A DNA stretch of 64,000 bases from an uncultured bacterium. GTDB taxonomy: Bacteria > Babelota > Babeliae > Babelales > Babelaceae. This document shows, one piece after another, positions 9,135 to 18,678 of the stretch. The translations under genes were made by a program, and so were the position numbers. A model generated the notes under the pieces. That model was not told where the DNA came from. It searched no databases and saw nothing but the letters and a program-made list of their open reading frames with translations. The DNA is taken from assembly GCA_963722385.1 (NCBI GenBank), contig CAVRKK010000002.1, positions 608,001-672,000 of the forward strand, written 5' to 3'. Every line of letters starts with the position of its first letter. Position 1 is the stretch's first letter.

Positions 9135-12100
9135 ATGATTAAGTATGTGAAATTGATAGTGTTAATAGGGTGTTTCTTGTTAAGGACTATGCCAGCTTAC
9201 GGAATGGAAGGGCCGAGAAGGAATAAACTTTTTGAGTATGTAAAAAAGAATGATGTAAAAAGTTTAAACACTTTTCTGAGCTATAAAAAATTGACAGACA
9301 GGCTTAATTTAAGTGTATATGATAGTGCTGGCTGGCAACCGATTCACCACGCTGTAAAAAGCGGCAATAGGGAGATAGTAAAGCTTCTTATCGAATATGG
9401 TGCAGATGTAAATGCGCAAATAAAAGATAGCCAAGGAGAGCGATCGTTGCATTTAGCAGCTCGAGCTGGGAATGAAGAGATTATTCTCGATCTCGTAGCA
9501 GCAGGAGCCCGTCCTGATTTAGCTGATAATAATGGAATATTGCCTATGTACTATGCTGAAAATATATCAGCTTTATTTGTTGATTCTTCAGCTAATTCAG
9601 TAGGTACGTCTTTTGCTAGGGTGAATGATTCATCAGATGGAGATAGATCTAGAAATTTGTATGAGCAATTGGGTGCATTATCTATAAGTGATGAGTTTTT
9701 GTTGTTAAGTCCGGCAAAGAAGAATAAAGAAACAGAAAAAGCTGATAAGCAGGCAGCAGGCAGGCTTTCTAGTGAAGAATGCGATCAAAGGCTACTTAAT
9801 ACCCTTTTACGTGGCGACCTTGAAAAGGCGCAACTATGTTATGTAGGAGGAGCTGATATAAATTTCCGAGATGCTTTTGGTAATCAGCCTATACATCATG
9901 TAGTAAATCAAGGTGTAATACCTACTCTTGAATGGCTTCTTGTGCACGGCGCAGACATAAATGCGCAAGATAGAGATGGTAACAGGCCGGTACGTATAGC
10001 AGCTCTTAGGGAGCATGCTCAAGTTGCGCAATGGCTTATTAGGCAGGGGGCTCGTTGTGATGATCGAAATGATCAAAAGCCAGAGGTTGAGAAAGAAACA
10101 GATCAGCCATTCTTTTATGAAAATAGTGTTTGTTTGTTACCGAGTTCAAAAAACGAGGTACTTATCTCTGCTGTCAAGCGAGGGAAGATAAAGCGAGTAC
10201 AGAATGCTTTAGCAGCAGGAGCCCATATTAACGCTCAAGATAGCAATGGTCAAACTTCTCTGCATCATGCTGTACGGGCAGGGCGCCTTGATATTGTTGG
10301 CTGGCTGATTAAGCATGGTGCTCAGGTAGAGAGCCGCGATACTACTGGGCAAGAACCGATACATGAAGCTGTTTATAGGGGTCATCTAGAAATTGTCCAG
10401 TTGCTTGTTGAGCATGGTGCTCAGGTTGATGCTCGTGATGATTTGAAGAGAAGCTCTCTCCATTTGGCTGCTTTGGGAGGGCATTTAGAAGTAGTTCAAT
10501 GGCTTGTTGAACACGGTGCTTCCATCCATGCTCAAGATAATGATGGCTTGCAACCGCTCCATTGGGCTGCTCTTGATGGACATTTAGAAGTAGTTAAATG
10601 GCTTGTTGAGCATGGCGCTGCTATCAATGCCCAAGATAAGACTGGCTGGCAACCTCTCCATTGGGCTGCTGTTAAGGCGCATTTAGAAGTAGTTAAATGG
10701 CTTGTTGAACATGGTGCTAATATTGATGCTGTAAGTAATAGTGGTCAAAGACCTATTGATGTAGCGGCTGCAAATAATAAGCAGAATATTGTTGATTGGC
10801 TTTCTACAGCTGGTGAGAAAAGAGAAGCTAAAGAAAAAGAGCCCGAGAAGCAAAAAGAGAAAGAAAAGAAAAATCATCCAAATCAGCTTACTCAACAAGA
10901 GCTTAACGAGAGGTTATTGAGCGCTGCTGCAGCTGGTCATTTATCTGAGATAGAGAGTTTAATTAATCGAGGGGCTTCTGTCAATGCCCAAGATAGTGGC
11001 GGGAAACAGGCTCTCCATTGGGCTGCTTTGGGAGGGCATTTAGAAGTAGTTAAATGGCTTGTTGAACATGGTGCTACCATTAATGCTCAAGCTAATGATG
11101 GCAGTCAGCCTCTTCATTGGGCTGCTTTGGGAGGGCATTTAGAAGTAGTCAAATATCTTGTTAAACAGGGCGCTTCTGTCAATGCCCAAATTAATGATGG
11201 CTTGCAACCGCTCCATCATGCTGCTCTTGATGGACATTTAGAAGTAGTTAAATGGCTTGTTGAACAGGGCGCTTCCATCAATGCCCAAGATAATAATGGT
11301 ATGCAGCCTCTCCATTGGGCTGCTCTTGATGGACATTTAGAAGTAGTTAAATGGCTTGTTGAGCATGGCGCTGCTATCAATGCCCAAGATAAGACTGGCT
11401 GGCAACCTCTCCATTGGGCTGCTGTTAAGGCGCATTTAGAAGTAGTTAAATGGCTTGTTGAACATGGTGCTGTCATCAATGCCCAAATTAATGATGGCTT
11501 GCAACCGCTCCATCATGCTGCTTGGAGAGGGCATATAGAAGTAGTCAAATATCTTGTTGAACAGGGCGCTGTCATCAATGCCCAAAATAATGATGGCAGG
11601 CCGCCTCTCCATTGGGCTGCTGAGGGAGGGCATATAGAAGTAGTTAAATGGCTTGTAGAACATGGTGCTCCAATCAATGCCCAAGATAATGATGGCTTGC
11701 AACCGCTCCATCATGCTGCTTGGAGAGGGCATATAGAAGTAGTCAAATATCTTGTTGAACAGGGCGCTGTCATCAATGCCCAAGATAGTGATGGCAGGCA
11801 ACCGCTCCATCGGGCTGCTTATAAGGGGCATTTAGAAGTAGTTCAATGGCTTGTTGAGCATGGTGCTTCCATCAATGCTCAAGATAATCGAGGCTGGCAG
11901 CCTCTCCACATGGCTGTTTTTGATGGACATTTAGAAGTAGTTAAATGGTTAGTTGAACATGGCGCCCCTATCAATGTCCAAGATAAGACTGGCTGGCAAC
12001 CTCTCCATTGGGCTGCTCTCAATGGGCATTTAGAAGTATTCAAATGGCTTGTTAGCCATGGTGCTGATATTAATGCTGTAGATAAGTCTGGCAAAAGACC

Positions 12101-14420
12101 TATTGATTTAGCTGCTGAGAGTAATAAGCAGAACATTGTTGATTGGCTTTCTAACGCTGCGAACAAAGGAGAGAGTAAAGAAAAATTGCCTGAGAAAGAA
12201 AAGGAGAGAGAAAGCTCTCCTACTCAGGAAGAGCTTAACAATAGGTTATTAAGTGCTGCTTACGCTGGCCGTTTATATGAAGTAGAGAGTTTAATTAATC
12301 AAGGAGCTAATACTAATGCTCAAGATAATAATGGTATGCAGCCTCTCCATAGGGCTGTTTTTGGTGGACATTTAGAAGTAGTCGAATGGTTAGTAGAACA
12401 TGGTGCTTCCATCAATGCCCAAGATAATAATGGCAGCCAGCCTCTTTATTGGGCTGCTTACCGGGGGCATTTAGAAGTAGTCAAATATCTTCTTGAACAG
12501 GGTGCTTCCATCAATGCCCAAGATAATGTTGGCAGGCAGCCTCTCCATAATGCTGCTGAGGGTGGCCATTTAGAAATAGTCAAATGGCTTGTTGAACATG
12601 GCGCTTCCATTAATGCCCAAGATAATGTTGGCAGGCAGCCGCTTCATTGGGCTGCTGTTAAGGGGCATTTAGAAGTAGTTAAATGGTTGGTGGAGCATGG
12701 TGCTCATATTGATGCTGTAAATAGACTTGGTCAAAGACCTATTGATGTAGCTGCTGAGAGTAGTAAGCAGGACATTGTTGATTGGCTTTCTCGCGCTGCT
12801 GAGAAAGCACGGACTAAGGAAGAGCTTAACAATAGGTTATTCATTGCCGCTGACACTGGTCATTTAGATGAAGTAAAGAGTTTAATTAATCAAGGCGTTA
12901 ATGTTAATGCTCAGAATTTTGATGGATCGCAGCCTCTCCATTATGCTGCTCAAGAAGGTCATTTAGAAATAGTAAAATGGCTTGTTGAGCATGGTGCTGT
13001 CATCAATGCCCAAGATAATAATGGTAGGCAGTCTCTATATTGGGCTGTTTTCCGCGGGGATTTAGAAGTAATCAAATGGCTTGTTAGCCATGGTGCTGAT
13101 ATTAATGCTGTAGATAAGTCTGGCAAAAGACCTATTGATTTAGCTGCTGAGAGTAATAAGCAGAACATTGTTGATTGGCTTTCTAACGCTGCGAACAAAG
13201 GAGAGAGTAAAGAAAAATTGCCTGAGAAAGAAAAGGAGAGAGAAAACTCTCCTACTCAGGAAGAGCTTAACAATAGGCTATTTAGTGCTGCTTACGCTGG
13301 CCGTTTATATGAAGTAGAGAGTTTAATTAATCAAGGCGCTCATGTTAATGCCCAAGATAATCGAGGCTGGCAGCCTCTCCATTTGGCTGCTCATAACGGG
13401 CATTTAGAAGTAGTTCAATGGCTTGTTAAACAGGGCGCTTCTGTCAATGCCCAAACTAATGATGGTATGCAGGCTCTCCATTGTGCTGCTTATAAGGGGC
13501 ATTTAGAAGTAGTTAAATGGCTTGTTGAACACGGTGCTTCCATCAATGCCCAAATTAATGATGGCTTGCAACCGCTCCATCATGCTGCTCTTGATGGACA
13601 TTTAGAAGTAGTTAAATGGCTTGTTGAACAGGGCGCTTCCATCAATGCCCAAGATAATAATGGTATGCAGCCTCTCCATTGGGCTGCTTTTAAGGGGCAT
13701 TTAGAAGTAGTTAAATGGTTGGTGGAGCATGGTGCTAATATTGATGCTGTAAGTAATAGTGGTCAAAGACCTATTGATGTAGCGGCTGCAAATAATAAGC
13801 AGAATATTGTTGATTGGCTTTCTACAGCTGGTGAGAAAAGAGAAGCTAAAGAAAAAGAGCCCGAGAAGCAAAAAGAGAAAGAAAAGAAAAATCATCCAAA
13901 TCAGCTTACTCAACAAGAGCTTAACGAGAGGTTATTGAGCGCTGCTGCAGCTGGTCATTTATCTGAGATAGAGAGTTTAATTAATCGAGGGGCTTCTGTC
14001 AATGCCCAAGATAGTGGCGGGAAACAGGCTCTCCATTGGGCTGCTTTGGGAGGGCATTTAGAAGTAGTTAAATGGCTTGTTGAACATGGTGCTACCATTA
14101 ATGCTCAAGCTAATGATGGCAGTCAGCCTCTTCATTGGGCTGCTTTGGGAGGGCATTTAGAAGTAGTCAAATATCTTGTTGAACAGGGTGCTACCATCAA
14201 TGCCCAAGATAATAATGGTATGCAGCCTCTGCATTATGCTATTTTCCGCGGGCATTTAGAAGTAATCAAATGGCTTGTTAGCCATGGTGCTGATATTAAT
14301 GCTGTAGATAAGTCTGGTAAAAGACCTATTGATTTTGCTGCTTGGAATAGTAAGCAGGACATTGTTGATTGGCTTTCTCACGCTGCTGAGAAAGCACAGA
14401 GCAAAGAGAGAAGGACGTAA
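9135..14420 (+). CDS. Giant secreted ankyrin-repeat protein (multiple capped modules)
   Basis: Dozens of 33-aa GxQPLHxAAxxGHLEVVKWLVEHGAxINAQD repeats; signal peptide. Confidence 0.95.
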   Translation: MIKYVKLIVLIGCFLLRTMPAYGMEGPRRNKLFEYVKKNDVKSLNTFLSYKKLTDRLNLSVYDSAGWQPIHHAVKSGNREIVKLLIEYGADVNAQIKDSQGERSLHLAARAGNEEIILDLVAAGARPDLADNNGILPMYYAENISALFVDSSANSVGTSFARVNDSSDGDRSRNLYEQLGALSISDEFLLLSPAKKNKETEKADKQAAGRLSSEECDQRLLNTLLRGDLEKAQLCYVGGADINFRDAFGNQPIHHVVNQGVIPTLEWLLVHGADINAQDRDGNRPVRIAALREHAQVAQWLIRQGARCDDRNDQKPEVEKETDQPFFYENSVCLLPSSKNEVLISAVKRGKIKRVQNALAAGAHINAQDSNGQTSLHHAVRAGRLDIVGWLIKHGAQVESRDTTGQEPIHEAVYRGHLEIVQLLVEHGAQVDARDDLKRSSLHLAALGGHLEVVQWLVEHGASIHAQDNDGLQPLHWAALDGHLEVVKWLVEHGAAINAQDKTGWQPLHWAAVKAHLEVVKWLVEHGANIDAVSNSGQRPIDVAAANNKQNIVDWLSTAGEKREAKEKEPEKQKEKEKKNHPNQLTQQELNERLLSAAAAGHLSEIESLINRGASVNAQDSGGKQALHWAALGGHLEVVKWLVEHGATINAQANDGSQPLHWAALGGHLEVVKYLVKQGASVNAQINDGLQPLHHAALDGHLEVVKWLVEQGASINAQDNNGMQPLHWAALDGHLEVVKWLVEHGAAINAQDKTGWQPLHWAAVKAHLEVVKWLVEHGAVINAQINDGLQPLHHAAWRGHIEVVKYLVEQGAVINAQNNDGRPPLHWAAEGGHIEVVKWLVEHGAPINAQDNDGLQPLHHAAWRGHIEVVKYLVEQGAVINAQDSDGRQPLHRAAYKGHLEVVQWLVEHGASINAQDNRGWQPLHMAVFDGHLEVVKWLVEHGAPINVQDKTGWQPLHWAALNGHLEVFKWLVSHGADINAVDKSGKRPIDLAAESNKQNIVDWLSNAANKGESKEKLPEKEKERESSPTQEELNNRLLSAAYAGRLYEVESLINQGANTNAQDNNGMQPLHRAVFGGHLEVVEWLVEHGASINAQDNNGSQPLYWAAYRGHLEVVKYLLEQGASINAQDNVGRQPLHNAAEGGHLEIVKWLVEHGASINAQDNVGRQPLHWAAVKGHLEVVKWLVEHGAHIDAVNRLGQRPIDVAAESSKQDIVDWLSRAAEKARTKEELNNRLFIAADTGHLDEVKSLINQGVNVNAQNFDGSQPLHYAAQEGHLEIVKWLVEHGAVINAQDNNGRQSLYWAVFRGDLEVIKWLVSHGADINAVDKSGKRPIDLAAESNKQNIVDWLSNAANKGESKEKLPEKEKERENSPTQEELNNRLFSAAYAGRLYEVESLINQGAHVNAQDNRGWQPLHLAAHNGHLEVVQWLVKQGASVNAQTNDGMQALHCAAYKGHLEVVKWLVEHGASINAQINDGLQPLHHAALDGHLEVVKWLVEQGASINAQDNNGMQPLHWAAFKGHLEVVKWLVEHGANIDAVSNSGQRPIDVAAANNKQNIVDWLSTAGEKREAKEKEPEKQKEKEKKNHPNQLTQQELNERLLSAAAAGHLSEIESLINRGASVNAQDSGGKQALHWAALGGHLEVVKWLVEHGATINAQANDGSQPLHWAALGGHLEVVKYLVEQGATINAQDNNGMQPLHYAIFRGHLEVIKWLVSHGADINAVDKSGKRPIDFAAWNSKQDIVDWLSHAAEKAQSKERRT
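10710..11162 (+). repeat. 453-bp direct repeat, copy 1 (copy 2 at 13728..14180)
   Basis: Identical by eye at offset 3018 bp. Confidence 0.9.
12040..12304 (+). repeat. ~265-bp direct repeat, copy 1 (copy 2 at 13072..13336)
   Basis: Near-identical at offset 1032 bp with a few substitutions. Confidence 0.88.
13072..13336 (+). repeat. ~265-bp direct repeat, copy 2
   Basis: Matches 12040..12304. Confidence 0.88.
13728..14180 (+). repeat. 453-bp direct repeat, copy 2
   Basis: Matches 10710..11162. Confidence 0.9.
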
Positions 14421-14459
14421 GTCCTTCCCTCCTCCTACCCGATGTATGTTCGAAACGCT

Positions 14460-14996
14460 TTAGGAGCCGGTGCCAAAGAAAAATGCGATCTCGCGCTCAG
14501 CCGATGCTGCCGAGTCCGACCCGTGAACAGCATTATACGTTTTATCGACCCCGAACATCTTTCTGATAGTGCCTATTTCGGCCTGCTGAGGATCGGTGGC
14601 GCCCATGAGTTTTCGCCACTGAGCAATAGCGTTTGTATGCTCAAGCACGAACGCATATATTGGTCCCGATGTCATATATCCAACGAGTGTTTCATAAAAG
14701 GGCTTGCCTTTGTGCTCAGCATAAAAAGTTTGGGCTTGTTCTCGACTAAGATATATTTTCTTGATATGTACAATCGAGAACTTGTTACGTTCAATGAGGG
14801 AAATGATTTCGCCGACATGGAAAGCGGCAACAGCATCGGGCTTGATGAGCGCACAGGTACGCTCACTACTCGACGAGACGACAGCCCCTTTTTCAGTTAT
14901 TGTCTTGTCTGTTTGGCAAATGAAATCTCGGCCAATGAGCAAGAATGGTAGATGTGCTATAAAAAAGATGCTCAATTTTAGCGGTATACGGATCAT
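14460..14996 (-). CDS. ndk: Nucleoside diphosphate kinase with N-terminal extension
   Basis: ERTCALIKPDAV, FYAEHKGKPFY, GTIR, NAVHGSDS. Confidence 0.95.
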   Translation of the reverse strand: MIRIPLKLSIFFIAHLPFLLIGRDFICQTDKTITEKGAVVSSSSERTCALIKPDAVAAFHVGEIISLIERNKFSIVHIKKIYLSREQAQTFYAEHKGKPFYETLVGYMTSGPIYAFVLEHTNAIAQWRKLMGATDPQQAEIGTIRKMFGVDKTYNAVHGSDSAASAEREIAFFFGTGS

Positions 14997-15159
14997 AAGA
15001 ATCTCCTGTTGGTTAATGTTTTCTCTTCATTATAGTTAAAGAGATTTGGAAAATCAATTAAAAATATTGACTTTTGCAATAAAATATTATTAAAGTTGTA
15101 TTATAATTGACAGAGGGTCATGATTTATTTCAGCTAACCATTTAAACAAGGAGTGTTCC

Positions 15160-15729
15160 ATGAATAAATCAGCATTTATTATACTCAGCTTAGCTGCCTT
15201 CGCAGCCGCATCGCTGAGCGCCGAGAGCTTGTGGCAAAAAACCGTTGATTTGTTTGGCCACAAGAAGGTCGAACAGCCAAAGGTAACGTCTACCACGACA
15301 CCTGCCAAGCCGGAAGAGAGTGTTGGGTCAAAAATTGCGGATATTGCTTCTGCCCTCGGACTTAGCGCTCCTGCGACGACATCTACCAAGACAGAGCAGG
15401 CTATTGGCTCAAAAATTGCAAATCTTGCTTCTTCGATGGGACTTGGGGCCCCTGCTGTTGCAGCTCGCCCAACACGAATTCAGCGTTGGCAAGCGGTTAT
15501 TGACGCATTTAGGGCACGAAATGTTCCTGAAGATAGTCCCCTTATGCAGTGGGCACAGCACAATCTAGCACGCGCACAGCATCCTTCTCGTCGTTACCAT
15601 AGGGTTAAAAGGCATCGTCGGCACATGGCAAAGCCAACTGCACCAAGCAGCAGAAAGCATGCAGTAAGACATGGCTACACGAATGCTCCACGTCCTACCG
15701 CACATACTCAAAAAACGGCAAGAGCATAA
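15160..15729 (+). CDS. Secreted hypothetical protein with duplicated helix and basic tail
   Basis: RBS AAGGAG, signal peptide, two GSKIAxxASxxGLxAPA repeats. Confidence 0.8.
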   Translation: MNKSAFIILSLAAFAAASLSAESLWQKTVDLFGHKKVEQPKVTSTTTPAKPEESVGSKIADIASALGLSAPATTSTKTEQAIGSKIANLASSMGLGAPAVAARPTRIQRWQAVIDAFRARNVPEDSPLMQWAQHNLARAQHPSRRYHRVKRHRRHMAKPTAPSSRKHAVRHGYTNAPRPTAHTQKTARA

Positions 15730-15735
15730 GATATA

Positions 15736-15912
15736 GTCAAAGACCCCATGCCTAAAGGGGGCTTGTATCTGAACTCCACCTCAACCCAGAGTATCTTCTC
15801 AGATACCCTGCTTTAGCTTCATCGTCCGACACATCAGCAGACCATCTTAATGGTCTGCTGGGCGTTCTGACAACACACCCACACTCATCCAGTCTTGCCG
15901 AATGAGCGTCGT
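15736..15912 (-). mobile_element. IS200/IS605-family right-end remnant (tnpB 3' end / reRNA scaffold)
   Basis: Minus strand ends ...AAGCCCCCTTTAGGCATGGGGTCTTTGAC (RE-type hairpin); encodes RQDWMSVGVLSERP / DVSDDEAKAGYLRRYSGLRWSSDTSPL*, which I recall as a TnpB-like C-terminus. Confidence 0.7.
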
Positions 15913-16173
15913 TATATAAGCGGTTTTTTCAACCGTCTCTCTCGTCCACCAATAAGCTGAGCGAGTGCCTTCTCTTTACGCCTTTCTCTTGCCTACAAAG
16001 TGAATACATAAACAAGAAAAGGTCAAGCCAAACTCTGCTGGCTTGTTTTTGCGGCAATTCCTCCCCATATTTAAAAAGGGGGACTCCTGCCACTTTTTGT
16101 TGAGGAGCTTGTAGGTAAAAAAATTAAGGTTTTCAGCCGAGCTCCTCTCAACTAATTTAGAGCTCACTGCGCT

Positions 16174-16677
16174 TCAAGAGATAAAGTCTTTGAGCGATAA
16201 GCCTCGGGTTTTGAGCATCTGCTGAACTTCATGCTGTTGCTCAGGGGTTAATCGTTGCCTGTAAAAGAATGATAGGCGACGAGATGTGCGTTCGTGCTGT
16301 TCAGGGTGCTTAATCATGTAATTAAGAAATTGAGTCACTCGATGGTACTCTTTGCCCTCACGTGCTATTTGTTTAAGTTTATCGAGCGTAAGCCCTTGTT
16401 TATTAAGCTGCATTAACGCTGAGCTTCGTAAATTCTCGCCCGCGAATTCATCATAAATGCGTATAAGGTTCATGGCGGCGCTTGTTCGCGTGGCCAGGTT
16501 GGTGCTGGCGTGATTAAAAATGTTTAATTGTTTGGCAAATAATGCAAATGTCTTGCGGTCGCCTGCCTGTGTCCGATGAGCAGCGGCTTCTTTACGTGGT
16601 GATTGAGCATCCGCACCGCTGAGTATTGTTGTACTAAAAGCGAGCCAACAGAGCACGCTAAAGCGAAATGATTTCAT
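16174..16677 (-). CDS. Hypothetical secreted protein
   Basis: 167 aa, RBS GGGGGA, signal peptide. Confidence 0.75.
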   Translation of the reverse strand: MKSFRFSVLCWLAFSTTILSGADAQSPRKEAAAHRTQAGDRKTFALFAKQLNIFNHASTNLATRTSAAMNLIRIYDEFAGENLRSSALMQLNKQGLTLDKLKQIAREGKEYHRVTQFLNYMIKHPEQHERTSRRLSFFYRQRLTPEQQHEVQQMLKTRGLSLKDFIS

Positions 16678-16801
16678 GAGCCATCCCCCCTCTGTTCTTC
16701 CCGTTTATTTATCATCTGCTTTTAGCGTACTTGCTCTTCTTTGCAAAAATCAATATTTAATTAATTCCCCGTAAAAATTTATTGCTTATAGGGCTTTTTT
16801 A

Positions 16802-16841
16802 ATATCAATAAGCAGGCCGGTTTAAGCCTGCTTATTGATAT
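16802..16841. terminator. Perfect 16-bp inverted repeat after the 16846..18207 stop
   Basis: ATATCAATAAGCAGGC-N8-GCCTGCTTATTGATAT; no clear U-tract on the minus strand. Confidence 0.6.
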
Positions 16842-16845
16842 CGTT

Positions 16846-18207
16846 CTAGTGCGAAGAAAACTGGTTGTTACGTCGCCATGAATCGGCCAATAGCATGGCT
16901 AGGGCGCGAAGTTGGTCGTCATTTGCTTGCCGCGCTGAAAGAATCTGCCTCGTGCTTGTGGTCTGATTGGGTAGCGCTTGGGCAACCAGTCGTCGACGAT
17001 CAAGGCTTAAGGTGCCCGGCCAGCCATAGATATTCCTTTGCTCTTGGGACTGAGGTAAGGGGGTAGCAGGTTGATGAATATGCGTTTCGTTCGGTTCTGA
17101 GCGGCTGATCTGGGATGAAGAGCCCAAAAACCAGGAAGTCATCGGGTCTGTAGAACCTGTCGGCAACGAGCAAGAAGTGCTGCCTGAAAAATCTTGAGGA
17201 GACTCTGGGGTAGCGGAATTAGGTGATGTATTTTCTTGGGTGCGGCTATTTCTGACACCACTCAAATAAGCATCGTACGCGGGGGTACAGTCAGAATAGA
17301 TGCCACCACTTATTAAGGCAGTTAGATACTCGGTTGAGTTATTGCGCAGCGCATGCGCCAAAACATCGCGATGCTCAAATTCAGCATGGAGGAGATCTCT
17401 ATCCTGGGGGATTCGTATAACGGGAGATACGTGCTCACTTTCTTCATCGCTTGCTTGAGATAGTCGTGTTCTTGCTTGGACATGAGCCTGGTGAGGCAAG
17501 AGCTCTCTTAGCACATTTTGAGGATCAACGCCATCTAATTGAGCGAAGATAGTCTCAAGGCATGGTATATGTATCTGAGGTTCAGGCGCAAACCGATGGG
17601 TGTTAATAGATACCGCGTCTTGTTCGCTTGGAGCAATTACGCGTGCGCAAACTAAGCATTCATGGGCTTGCGTCACCATCAACCGTTCTTCTATGAGATC
17701 AATAACGTCTTGGCTCACTTGAGAATTGGTAGGTAATTCATCACGGCTTAAGCCCCCGTGACTTTCTAATATCTGAGTAATTTCTTTATTATTGGATATT
17801 CGCGCAATATCAAGCGGTGTCCGATTGCTTTTTGGATCTAACACATTAACGTTGGCGCCGCGCTCGAGTAAATATAAAACCAGCTTGGCGTAGCGGCGGT
17901 GGATCGCCCAAAAGAGCGCATGTTTGCTCTCGCTACATGCCTGATTTACGTTGATATGGGGATTGTCACTGAGATAGGCGATAATATTTTCTTCTTTTTC
18001 CCCATTGATAATTTGCAGATGAAAATCGGGCATAGAAGTATCAATCGCTTCAAATCTAATTGCTCGTCGGCGGGCTGGGAAGGGGGTCCGCGCACGCATC
18101 TGACGATCGGCTCGATATCGTTGCGTACGAGGGGGTTGGTCGGGACTCTCCCTGCCCTGCGTTGAAATGGCGAGGATAAGGCACAACGTTAAAAATAATT
18201 TTCTCAT
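16846..18207 (-). CDS. Secreted ankyrin protein with degenerate RING-like motif and S/P/T-rich tail
   Basis: ALFWAI...LLERGANVN...TPLDIA; CLVC...H...HIPC. Confidence 0.8.
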   Translation of the reverse strand: MRKLFLTLCLILAISTQGRESPDQPPRTQRYRADRQMRARTPFPARRRAIRFEAIDTSMPDFHLQIINGEKEENIIAYLSDNPHINVNQACSESKHALFWAIHRRYAKLVLYLLERGANVNVLDPKSNRTPLDIARISNNKEITQILESHGGLSRDELPTNSQVSQDVIDLIEERLMVTQAHECLVCARVIAPSEQDAVSINTHRFAPEPQIHIPCLETIFAQLDGVDPQNVLRELLPHQAHVQARTRLSQASDEESEHVSPVIRIPQDRDLLHAEFEHRDVLAHALRNNSTEYLTALISGGIYSDCTPAYDAYLSGVRNSRTQENTSPNSATPESPQDFSGSTSCSLPTGSTDPMTSWFLGSSSQISRSEPNETHIHQPATPLPQSQEQRNIYGWPGTLSLDRRRLVAQALPNQTTSTRQILSARQANDDQLRALAMLLADSWRRNNQFSSH

Positions 18208-18678
18208 AAGTTTTTCTCTTGGTGGTTGCTTAACTTAAAATTACTCGCCAGCCCCACTTTTAATAGTAATTATTTGACGAAACACTCAGATACATTAAGT
18301 ATTCAGTAATATTATACACCACATTACCTATTACGCAATCGTAGCATTTTTCTTTGTAATTATAAGAGAAACCGACGAGGTAAAGTCTCAGGAGTTTGAA
18401 AGCCACTTCTTAGGAAGGCCGATCGACAAAAGAGAGCAACAATACCAAAACATTCCTCATTAGGCACTTTAGGGAAATCCGGCGCCCTGGATTAGCCCCA
18501 TAGCGTAAGCAGAGGAGCAAGAGAGCATGGGCCGAATAGGGCCATCGGGTTCCAAGGCAAAGCCACTACGGACCAATATGTGCCATTACGCATGTTTGAT
18601 GGTGCTAGCGCGAGCATGGCCTGCCGCATCAGTCGGTGGTGACTGGGCCGTGCAGGCTTCAGCACAGACCTATTTTTA

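Noticed and set aside
10710..14180. DGR template/variable repeat pair
   Set aside because: No reverse transcriptase in the window; copies are identical or differ without adenine-specific bias
10450..14400. Regularly spaced near-identical repeats resembling a CRISPR array
   Set aside because: The period is 99 bp, in frame within an ankyrin ORF, with no unique spacers and no cas genes
14442..14951. Long antisense ORF over ndk (similarly 20082..20822 over secA and 36279..36785 over tamB)
   Set aside because: Shadow frames of well-supported genes with no recognisable motifs
18370..18670. GC-rich intergenic stretch with GAGGTAAAGTC, as possible RNase P or other ncRNA
   Set aside because: Lacks the matching RNase P 3' motif; no convincing fold or second copy seen
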